Made by a program: the position numbers and the translations under genes
In this document: piece after piece, positions 11,093-22,000 of the stretch
How positions within the stretch are numbered: the stretch's first letter is position 1
Layout of the letters: the number at the start of each line of letters is the position of its first letter
Source of the DNA: Entomortierella parvispora E1425
Lineage: Eukaryota > Fungi > Mortierellomycota
Direction of reading: 5' to 3'
DNA length: 64,000 nt
Assembly (NCBI GenBank): GCA_020891255.1
Contig: BQFW01000004.1
Span: 1,922,001-1,986,000 of the forward strand
Notes under the pieces: model-generated
Database searches by the model: none
Told to the model about the DNA's origin: nothing
What the model saw: the letters and a program-made list of their open reading frames with translations, nothing else

Positions 11093-13023
11093 ATGGCGCT
11101 TCAATGCACACCATCACAGAGTTGGACAACCATGCCCCCTTCTGAATCTGACACACCATGTCCACGACCCGGGACTCAGCTCATGGATTTGCCCGACAGC
11201 ATTTTGCTCCGCATCTTTGAATTTGTGGCCAACGCACAGGAGCCAGTGCTGGCTGATCAGGAGCCGCCGTCTGCAGCCACCACAAAGAACAAAAAGAAGC
11301 GCCGTGTGGCAGGACTGGGTGCTCGATCCCTCTGTCGTCTGTGCTGCTGCAGCCACCGTCTCAACCACGTTGCCTCAGCAGATCAGCTCTGGCAGCCCCT
11401 TACTCTGTCCCGCTTCTCGGATCGGCATTGGCCCACCACCGATCAAAAGGCCTTGCAGACAATCGAGGTCCGTCGAGAGCACCAAAAGAAACTCTTGCGA
11501 CCCGCCTCGACTCCGTTATCAGAGGATACCTCGCGTCAGGGAGATAGTACAAAAGATCGACTGAACAGTCAACCACCATGCGAAACTACCCCATCCAGGA
11601 AACGCGACTTCGATGCCTGCGAAGACAAGGATGAAGACACGAATTCAAAGGACGACTCGATTCATGGAGCATCAGCAGAAGATAGATCGCGCAAGAAACC
11701 AGAGCAAAAGAAGTTTTACAGTCGATTTGAGCAACGTGCGCACCGACGGAGGTTTGCTTCGTTGGATCCTGAATTGCGCTATACACCCTTGGCATGGACA
11801 AACACCTTTTGGAGCTGGAAACGCACGTTTTTCGGAGACTGCCGTTTTGTGGAAGCAAAGGATGTACAGACGCCAAATCGAATCGGTATGCAATAATGGG
11901 GCATTTATTGGTTGTTTTCTTGATGGAATCAAAGGGTCTTTTTTTCTTACGCTATCCTCATTCTATGGACCCCACCAAAACAGACCATGCTGTTCATAGA
12001 AATAACTCTGAGGCTGCTCGACAAGAATGCGGGAGATGCTGGAGACCGCTTCGGTCCTGTATTTGCTCCGCATTGACAAAGGAGCTCTATTGCAATTGCA
12101 GGGTTCGGGTCATGATTTTACAGGTATGACTCTAGCTATTACTTTTCACGGCCTGAACAGACATGTGTTAAATTGAGGCTTTTTTTCATGAATGATAGCA
12201 CCCAAGATGTCAGGTCAGCATTGGAACCATTCGTATTTTAAAAACCAGCTTCAAGTACTGCCAAATTGTCATTGGCAAGGATTTCAAGGCTGGACGGTCA
12301 CTAGGTATGTTGAGCCGATGCTGTATAAAACTACAAGTGTTTCTTGTATGTTTGCTAACCAACCCTGTGCAATAGAATTGGATCAAGCACTGGAGGATCC
12401 AAATTGTACCCCACTGCTTCTATACCCTAGCCACAATGCCATAGACATTCAGACAATAGTGTCACAAATCGCCGAGGAACCCAATGCTGCATCACATCGT
12501 TACTCGTGCAAAGGATGTTCACATAGCTCTGAGGACAACAGAAGTGGTATCATGGATGGAAAGCAGGATGCGGCTGCATTGGAAACACCATCACCGTATC
12601 CATATAAGCTGGTTATTGCCCTTGACGGAAGTTGGTCCCATGCAAAGATTATGTACCGGTGCAACCCTCGACTTCAACAAATCACTCAGATAAAATTCCC
12701 CAACCCGCCGCAATCAATCTATCACGAACTAAAGCCAGAGCCGAAGACAACCTACACGTCGACTGCGGAGGCTGTTGGCCAAGCAGTTGCTCTACTAGGT
12801 TGGCCTGGAGACAAGGACAATGCAGATCTACTTGTGGAGGTAAACATCTCTTTGCGACTCACACTTTGCTCCCATTCATTGATCTAACTTGTTTGACGTA
12901 TATTCTCACGAATAACCTTAGGATTTGATTCGACCGCTTAAGAAAATGATTGAAATCCAGGATACGATCGCGGCAGTTGAGCAGGAAGAGACACCATCTT
13001 CTCAGAAAGAGCCAACACCATGA
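11093..13023 (+). CDS. F-box + DTW-domain protein (DTWD2/TapT-like tRNA-uridine aminocarboxypropyltransferase); exons 11093-11885, 11984-12123, 12199-12304, 12376-12839, 12922-13023 (~534 aa)
   Basis: F-box-like LMDLPDSILLRIFEFV..LCCCSHRLNHVASADQLW. DTW motifs RQECGRCWRPLRSCICSAL, VMILQHP, LLLYPS, LDGSWSHAK, EP..STAEAV and LIRPLKKMIEIQ. All introns are GT-AG and phase-compatible. Confidence 0.82.
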
Positions 13024-13153
13024 ACGAGTTGTCATTAAATATTGCACGTGCACCGACAGATTGTGGCAGTGCAAAAACCAACTTCTGGCCGTCGTGGCTT
13101 TTTGCATCTTTTTTTTTTGTATTTCTTTTCCTGTCCCCCAACCTTCCAGTACC

Positions 13154-15391
13154 ATGTTTTTGAACAAGTCAACTGGACGCCGCAGAAGTCAAGAGATGAA
13201 TAGAGAGCCTTTGCCGACAGCTGCTCGAAGGTCTCCCCTCAAGACTAACGAGATCCTAGACCGAATCTTTTCGTTTCTGGACCAAAGGACACTCAAATGT
13301 GTTGCGGCCCGCGTCTGTGGTCAGTGGCTCTACGTTGCAATCAGACGATTTGAACGGCACCTCATTGTGAGCGAGGAAGATAGCAAGACCTGGAAGGATC
13401 TTCCAAGGCGTCTCTCTGAAGCAAATGTGCTCACGGTGGGCAAGCCTTTTCAGCGAATGCAGACGCCCAGGAACCTTAAACAATGGCACAAGATGATATC
13501 TCAACTGGAAAAAGCTCTACTGGAGACCAACACAGTCCCTAACAACTCAGGAAAGGATGTGACAACAGCCAGCCACCAGCCTGTTTACAGCGACATCTCT
13601 GGCGCACGTACCAACAAACCTCGTGAAGGGCTTGACAAGCAGATAAAAGCACATTTGCAGATAAAAGCAGCGACCTTGAATTTCGAATGGTGGGAGGTTC
13701 AAGAGACAGCCCTAGCTCTCTTGTTCCCCTCCCCTTTGACGACTCTTCGAGAACTGACCTTGAGCGCGCCTAGAACCTCGGTTGCTGTATCGATTGAAGG
13801 CATCTTGAACCAGTTTCCAAATCTGCTACACCTTTCCCTATCTTCGCACAAGTACCGACGTGCCGGTCCTGGACGCCGCATATACCGGAGCTTTACTTTT
13901 CTTCAACGTAACTCAGTAGTTCCCCTTTCGGACGACTGCGAGGACCACCCTTTACGGACTCTGTGCTTGGATTACCTCTGTCTTGACCCCAACAACGTAG
14001 CATCTCACCTTCCAAGATTGGGAAACTTGATTGAATTTAAATTTCTCAACGTCAGGCCCTTGCCGAGCGTACCACCTTCATTCAGCAACAACCGCGAAGA
14101 TCCGGAGAACCAGCTGTTCTGGCAAAGTGTTGCCAAGCATTGCCCCAAACTCAAGTTGATTCACCTTCAACTGGATCGGCCCCAGGGCGGTATTGTCCCG
14201 GTGGCGCTATTTCCACAAGTCTGCGATTGGAGCTTTGATTGGTACCAAGGAACCGCGAACGCTATGCTAAGGTTACTCAGGGCTCATATAATGGAAAACA
14301 GACTGACCACCTTGAAAATCCAGTTCAGCCAACCTTCTCCAGGAACCGTGGGATGTGCGTATGACCACGTGTCGGACAAACTGCTGTGCAATCTTTTGCT
14401 CGCCTCGCCTCATTTGCAGCACCTCGACACTGGACCAAGAGAGTGGTCGACACTTGTGCTGACCATGCCGATTGTCGCACTCTGGGCCTGTCGTGGTCTT
14501 CTGACATTGTCCATGCGATTTAACACAAGGATTGGCGGTGGCCATTCGGAAAGCCGACACATCTTTGGGTATTTGAGCCGAGCCTGCCCCAACTTGGAAG
14601 AGTTGTCGCTCCGTCTCGAATGCGACGGGTTTTCGGCCAGGACGGGCCTCTGTCTTTTGACACGACTGAAACGCCTGCAGCAACTGGAGGTCCATGGAAT
14701 TTGTTTGGATCACTCGAACAGCGAAAAGCCTGACTGGGGACCTCACAAGGAAGATTTTTGTTGGATTCAAGGAGGGCCTGCCCCCCGTCTACCTTCCTCA
14801 TCTCGTCTGATCAGTGGACTCGCATCTTTATTTTCGAGCGCTCCTATTCCTCTCTGCGAGAAGGACTACTTGGATAGTATTGAGAAACTTCGAGAATGGT
14901 CCAGATTGTTTACGTTCAATGGTGATGGCATGAACAGCTTGTCTGTGCTGGATAAATACCGGCCCATGGTACAACAGCAACAAAAAGACAATGGGTACCG
15001 ATCCGATTATGACCGTCCGATCCCAATGGTCGATGGTGTGGAGGGCCTGGATCACTGCGGGTCCTATCTCGATATAGAAGCCTGTCTCCAAGCCCAGCTC
15101 TTTCACTTTAGGCAGCAACACTCCTCCCTGCCAGCGCATTCACTAGGACCTCGGGCAGAAGCGGCATCAACAGAGACGGTGACTGTGGCACCCACCTCAG
15201 AGAACAGATATATGACCAGGAAAATTGCGCCAGAAATGACTCTTCCGTGGCCAGTGATGAGACAGATACGGTTTATCCATGGCGCCTTGGGTCCCCATTG
15301 TCCTCGAAACATAGCAAAGTCCAAGAGGTACGTGGAGCAATGTAGCAAAATTATTCAACAGATGCGACCCGACATCAGAGTCTTGCATTGA
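13154..15391 (+). CDS. F-box protein with degenerate LRR-like region (lineage-expanded family), intronless
   Basis: N-terminal PLKTNEILDRIFSFLDQRTLKCVAARVCGQW (F-box). LRR-like CPKLKLIHL, SPHLQHL and ACPNLEELSL segments. Long uninterrupted ORF. Confidence 0.8.
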   Translation: MFLNKSTGRRRSQEMNREPLPTAARRSPLKTNEILDRIFSFLDQRTLKCVAARVCGQWLYVAIRRFERHLIVSEEDSKTWKDLPRRLSEANVLTVGKPFQRMQTPRNLKQWHKMISQLEKALLETNTVPNNSGKDVTTASHQPVYSDISGARTNKPREGLDKQIKAHLQIKAATLNFEWWEVQETALALLFPSPLTTLRELTLSAPRTSVAVSIEGILNQFPNLLHLSLSSHKYRRAGPGRRIYRSFTFLQRNSVVPLSDDCEDHPLRTLCLDYLCLDPNNVASHLPRLGNLIEFKFLNVRPLPSVPPSFSNNREDPENQLFWQSVAKHCPKLKLIHLQLDRPQGGIVPVALFPQVCDWSFDWYQGTANAMLRLLRAHIMENRLTTLKIQFSQPSPGTVGCAYDHVSDKLLCNLLLASPHLQHLDTGPREWSTLVLTMPIVALWACRGLLTLSMRFNTRIGGGHSESRHIFGYLSRACPNLEELSLRLECDGFSARTGLCLLTRLKRLQQLEVHGICLDHSNSEKPDWGPHKEDFCWIQGGPAPRLPSSSRLISGLASLFSSAPIPLCEKDYLDSIEKLREWSRLFTFNGDGMNSLSVLDKYRPMVQQQQKDNGYRSDYDRPIPMVDGVEGLDHCGSYLDIEACLQAQLFHFRQQHSSLPAHSLGPRAEAASTETVTVAPTSENRYMTRKIAPEMTLPWPVMRQIRFIHGALGPHCPRNIAKSKRYVEQCSKIIQQMRPDIRVLH

Positions 15392-15591
15392 ACAAGAGCA
15401 AAATAAATGACATACATTATTATGAGTCCGTCGTGCTTGAGCCAAAAAGGAGTTGAATGTGACCATGGGAACAAAAACTGGTCTTTTTTTTGGGGGGGGG
15501 GGGGCGTTCTGGACAAAACCCTTCAGCTGATAGTACTTGTGGTGGAAGAAAACCTGTTGAAAAGGACTTTATTTGTTTGCGAGATAAGTTT

Positions 15592-17854
15592 CTACTGCGC
15601 CGTCGGGGCCAGTGGGTAATAGGAAGTATCATCTAGAGGACACAGATCTTTACGGTTACCCCACCAATTAGGCTTTTGGACGCCCCTGTTCTGAAAGATA
15701 AAGAACACAGCCAGACCCATGAACGCCACACCGGTGTCAAAGGAGGCCGACAAGATGTAGGTGAAACGGATATGCCAATCGTTGCGGTAACGGCGCATGA
15801 GGAACTGGAACGCGAATCCGATAACAAGCCAATTGACATACTGGTAAGGCGAGGCTGGGGGCATCATACCCGTTGAGGCCAACATCACAGGGACGTGAAT
15901 TTGCTCCACCCAGGTGCCAGGAAATCTCTTTTTGAGAAAGTAGAAAGGAAGGGGGAGTAGAAATCCAATGAGGAAGAAATAGTTGATCGCGGTGTAGATC
16001 GAGGTCGCTCCAAACATCCGTTGGGGTGAGATGACACCCCAAATCACCGAGGCCGAGTAAAAAGTTTGCACGGGGGGGCAGCTGAAATCCGTGCTCGCCT
16101 TGGTACAAATACCGGGCTGACTGTTGAGCAACCAGTTGGCTGTAATCAGGTTCACAAGTCCGGCAATGACGGTGCCGAGGCACTGGGACCAGAACATGGC
16201 ACGTGGAGGGATCTTCATATAATGGCCAAGCTTCAGGTCCCCAACGAACGACAAGGCCTGTGTCATCGAGATGTAACCCAGGACCTTGAAAGTGACGTTG
16301 GCAATGGGACGACCAGGAAGGAGATAACCGATCACATACTCTGTGATGACGTTCAAACCAGGCTGTTGGTTGGTGAGGGCTTGAATAAGGCCGATGGGCA
16401 AGACAAAGAAACAAGAGAGAGCGACGCACAGGAGTACGGCCCACCATGGAAGTCTGTAGTCCCAGACCTCGCAAAGGACGATGGCCACGACGGTCATGAC
16501 GACAAACATGGCACCATACCACCAGTCAGGTACTTCGGGATAGGCTTTCATGAGCCTGTGGTGAATATCTTCCGAATGGTCGCGGGATTGTCTCCACTGC
16601 GCGACCAGCTTGTGACGATGATACAACCAGGTGTGGGTGACCATGGACGTAAGGCCGGCAAATCCAATACCATAGGTCAGGGCAAAGAAGGTGGTGATGC
16701 GAAGGGGTCCATACGCCGCGTACTTGGCCTCGTCCAACATAAAGTCTGTCATAACAGCATCAACGTCGTATTCTGTGCCGTTAACCGTGTAGAGTCCTGA
16801 ATCGAGGATGGGAAATTGCTTGCCATCCCAGAGATCCAGGTAGTAGGAAATGGGAGTCATAATATAGGCAATAAAGATAACACCGACTCCGATGTTGACC
16901 TGGGCCCACCATGGGACAGCCAAGGGCGAGCCGAGATAGGAAACGAGGTTGTTCCAATCCAAGGAGAGGGCACCAATACCGAGACCGGATGGGCCACCAA
17001 TCTGAGTCATGAGAATACTCTGAGGCTTAATCCAGCAGAGCCAGGCAAAAGCGGTCAATCCGCTAAAGAGCCAGCCCGGAAGCCACGCGTAGATGAACAT
17101 TGCCGAACTAGCGACTAGGAAGAACTTGTAGCGACTCCACTGACCGGGAAGAAGCTGCTCGTCCTGGTGCAAGGTGTTGAACAAGGCGACTTGGATCAAG
17201 TTGGCAGGCCAGACCATGGTAGCGGGGTAGACAAGGTAACGGCGGAGGACACCCGCCATACCGTATCCCAGCATCTGAGTGGTGAGAATGAGGAGGAAGT
17301 TGGCAAGGAACCCAAAGTTTTGTTTGTAGTAAACTTTTTGGATGACAACGATATCGACGGCGTAGGCGGCCTGGGAGGCACAGTTGGCAGTCAATCCAAC
17401 AAGGACGTGCTCCTTGATATTGAATGGCCCGGGGTTCAAAATGCCAGAGGGAAGGAGTCTAGCCATGATCTTGCCGGCAGGGTATGAGATCAACTGGATG
17501 ACCAATGCAGTCAGGCCCATTGGGACGGTGCGGAACCAGCTATAGATTGAAGCAGAAACAAAATCAGCAATCTCGACAACTGCTTGAACCTATTGATGAC
17601 CCAAATAAAAGCTCGGCTGCAACTTACAAGAACTGGTTGACGAAAGACATCAGCACTGTAAACAAGACACCCATGACCCAGAAGCGGAAGGTGAGGCAAG
17701 GCAAAGTAGGATCATCCGTGTTGGATACCATGGCAGCGACCTCGGAAATAAAAGAATTCTCCTCTTCATCTTCAAGGACGACGGATTCGACATCTCGCTT
17801 TTCGTCGATAGCATCCATGTATGCAAGGTTATCTTGCTTGGATTCGGACGCCAT
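15592..17854 (-). CDS. OPT-family oligopeptide transporter (Isp4/Opt-like); exons 17854-17628 and 17540-15592
   Basis: Motifs EVAAMVSNTDDPTLPCLTFRFW, NPGPFNIKEH, YPEVPDWWY, NQQPGLNVITE and DLKLGHYMKIPPR, with many transmembrane segments. Confidence 0.95.
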
Positions 17855-19030
17855 TATGGAGGAAGGGGACAGGAGTGTAGCAATTGGCGATGTGGACTGG
17901 GGATGCTTGGAAGCAGGAGGGTGATGGAGAGAATGGTCAGGAGGATGAGGACAAGGGACAGCAGTTGGGCCAGGCCCCTGGTTCTTTTATAAGAAACCCC
18001 CTCCTTCAGCGCGAGTATTCTCTTGAGCCAGAAAGCGACGGATACATATCCGTGTGCCTGGAAGTACATCCGCAGAAGAGACAAGGACGAGACAAGGACG
18101 CGCATAGTCTGATCAAGCCTCTTCGAGTTCCCAGGACGGAAAAGCAACAGCTGTTTGTCCAAAGTGATTGTCAAAAAGATGTGGGAGCCTAATAATCATA
18201 AAATAATACACCCTCTGAAACTCGCATATGATTCCGAGGGCGAAGCATCATGGACCCCTCTATCGCCTTTGTTGACACCCTGCAAGCGTGAGAGCGAAGC
18301 CAAAATGACAATTCCGTTAGACGTTCTGCTGGTTTTTGGCTAAAGTGGGATTTCGGAAGGACGGAGGAAGGGTCCGATGGACCGATCGCGTCAACAATGG
18401 TGGGCGAACGTGTGTCCTGTCGGATACACTCCGGCCAAATCTGGACATATGGAAGCCAACCCGGTGAACAGAAAAAGATTGGTGCGACCACCAAACGAGT
18501 TCGCCCATCCTTTTTGGTCACTCCTCGGTGTCTGATGACCTCTGAGGACCCGATATTGGCCCTCATTCCATGGCACAACTCAACATGCTGTGCCAAATCG
18601 AAAACAAAGTTGGGCTGGGCTGAGGAAGCCATTTCGGCCTCCTTCCCGAGAAACATACAGCACTGCACTCGCGTAAGAGTGAGAAATAAGACGCGCGCGT
18701 CGACCCAATTCGGTGACATCACGCAACCGTCACGTGCTGCCGCAGCCAGCGAACCTTCCCTTCTGGCGCAGTGGGGGCGAATCTGTGTGTGGTGGCGTTC
18801 GTTTCTTCGTTTCTTTTTTGTTCTCTCCACTCGGTCCATTGGGCGCCATTCGATTCGCTCTTTGGAGGGTGTACTTTTTTTTTCTTTTCTTTTCTTTCGT
18901 TCCTGTTCTTGTTCTTGCTTACTTGCTTACTTGCTCCATTCGCCGTCTTTGATCCCTCATCCTCTCTCCTCTCTCCTTCGCCTGTCCCCTGTCCCCTTGT
19001 CTTCATCCCCATTCGCCCAAGAGAAGAGTA

Positions 19031-22000
19031 ATGCCTCCAAAGACAACCCCTCGCGTCAAGGGCAACGTGCGCGCTGCCAATAGCAGGTAACACAGTGCTC
19101 TCGTCTGCACGTCCCAGCTTCCTGAAAGACCTCTCCTCTGATCCAAATGCTTGGTCTCCTTCTACTAGTCGAGCGGCTGAACTGGCGAGCACGAGCAACG
19201 CCAGCTCTTCCATGTCCATGTCTGCCCTCGGTGGGTTCGCCCAGTTTGCTACTCCAGCCTTCACTCCCTCATCCACCTACGTCGCCACGGCTGCTCCTCG
19301 TAGCTCAACTCCCAACAGATCGGGATCTCCATCTAGCCCTGGAATGTCCTCAGGATCGACCTTTGGTGGCCTTGACATGGACACTGTCAGCGTGATCAGG
19401 AATGGCGAACTTTCAATGATTATCAAGCGACTCATGTCCAAGAGGGACACCACCACCAAAGTCAGAGCATTGGAAGATCTCGAAAAATGGGTAAGGGCCC
19501 AACCAGAGGACGATGAGGCTGGATCGGCTGCATGCCAAGAAGCTATTGGACCCTGGATCAAGCTGTATATCAAATTGACGACCGATGTGGATCGCAGAGT
19601 GCGTCTGATGACGAACAACGTACACTTCTTGCTCGTGAAGCGTGTGAAGAAAGGTCTTGCTCCCTACTTGAAGGAGGTCGTCGCAGCCTGGATCGGGACA
19701 TTTTTCGACCCTACACGGGATGTTGCCCGTGTTGCTGCAGAGGCATTCAAGGTATAGCGCAGTAGACAATTATGAACTGGATATCATCTGCTGGACCTCT
19801 GCTTACTTTGCGCAACAACATTTTAATCTCTAGAGCGCGTTCCCGGACAACAAGAGGCAGCAGGTCGTGTCCTTCTGCTTGCAGGATATCATCTATTATA
19901 TTTCCGGGATCCTTCTCGAAAAGACACCAGAAACCTTGAGCGACCCTAGATTCAACACAAAGGAGGAGATGGACACTCGTTACGGAAGGGTTGCCTCAAG
20001 CGCCTTATATACCCTCGGATATGTTATTGGTAAGCATGACAGTGCTACCTCAACGATCTCCCATCGCTGGATACTGATTATACATTGATCGTGGATTGTT
20101 AATAGACACTCTTTCCGCGGAGGCATTGGAGAAGGGGTCACAGGAAATTGCACCGTTGCTGGACAACGCCAAATTATGGGCATTTTTCAACCACCCCAAC
20201 TCTTTGGTCAGAAGAGCCGCATATAGCACGTTGAAAACCATTGTCACTAAATCGCCAGGATTGATTCAGGATCGATTGACAATCATCAGCAAAAACTTCT
20301 TTCCCAGCATTTTCTCCGATAAGGATACAACCACCCATGGTGATCTCTGGGACGCCCTCCTCGTCTTCACAAAGGCATTCCCCGAGTCGTGGACGATTGT
20401 TGCCGACAAGAAGCCAACCATGTCACTCTTCTCTAGCTTTTTGAAAGCCGCTGGACATGGATCGGTCACTGTCACATACAGGAGTATTCTCCCTTTGATT
20501 TCCACGTGGTGCGATGACTCTGTTCTTGGTAAAAACGGAACCGGATTTCCTTTCGTAAAAGACTTCTTTGACAACTTCTGGAAGGGTCTGGAGAGCTCCA
20601 ATGTTGACAAGGAACCAGGATCCACTCCTTTGTTTTTGGAAGCCTATCTTGAATGTCTGGTTTACTTTACCGTGCGATTTGGGTAAGCACAGAGATTTAA
20701 TCAGACCACCATTGAATATGTCGGTTGACCTATATCGAGACTAACGTCGGCGTCGCCTATACCTATCAGCAAATCCGAATCTACCAAGCAAGGACAAGAC
20801 GCGGCCTTTGCAGCTTTTCTTGCCTTTGTCCGCACATATCTCACCTCGGTGGATGATCAAAAGCTCGCTGCAAAGTTTTCAGAGGACGAACAAGGAATCG
20901 CCAAGAAGATAACCGTCCACTTGATCCGACTTTTGAATATCCCCTCTGTCCGTGAACGCGCACTGTCGGACCTGTGGACCCCTATTGTGGAATCTATGAG
21001 CGAGATCATGTCCAAGGAGCCTTCGGATGCCAACATCAAGAGCGGAAAGCGTGCGATCTTGCTTCTGAGCCAGATTTCAACTGCAGCCCAGGAGAAGCAG
21101 GACACTATTGTGATTGACCTTGCTGAGAAGGCAGCTGACCAGCTTGTCCAGATTGTTGCCAGACAATGCTCAGAGAGTATGTACTTGACTGAATCTACAT
21201 TTTCAAGAGGATTTGGATGACAAGAGACAATGGGCTAACATGGATTTGTAATTGTCTTGATAGCCCAATCGATCGGTCCCTCCCAGCTTCTTTCTTCTTT
21301 GGCCATTCAATTTGAAGTGGTTGTGTTCTCTAACCCTGCCAGCCAAGCGGCGATGCATGATTTCTTTGACCGTCAGTTCGCGGACATGTTGTTGACCAGC
21401 GAGGTTCAGAATGACTCAGAGGCAGAGTCCAAGGAAGGAGGCGAATCCTTGCCCCATTTGTTGGATCTTTTCTCGGGATATCTTGGCAACACTCAGGAGC
21501 AGGACCATGCCTCCACTGTTTGGAAGCGAGTCATGGATAAGGTGCTGACCGAGTCTGAGAATGAAGTGAACCAGGAGCGACAGCGCGTTATCCTGCAGGG
21601 ACTCCTTTACCGCACCTCCCTCTCGACTCCAACTTTTGACTTGAAACTGGATGCCGTGAACAGCTTTTTGACTTCTGTGGTAGTGGATTTGCAGTACCGT
21701 GGCTCGCCTTCTGGTGAAGCCTTGATCGCCGACGCGCTATGCTCCACCTGCATGGTTCCAGATTCTCTGAAATTGGAAATCGTGGACTCTCTCAGCACTC
21801 GACTGGATCTCTTTGTCTCGGACGTCATTGGGGGGCAGGCTTTAGGCAAGAAGGAGGAAGCGGATTCGATTCTAGAAATTGTGTTGCGCTCCCTGTCCTC
21901 TATTGTACCACTCTCCATCGAGAACGACGCTGAAGAGCCGTTGAAGCGCCTTATTATTGCTGCCTTTGACCTCAGCTGTCATTCGGAGGAGAGTGAGGCT

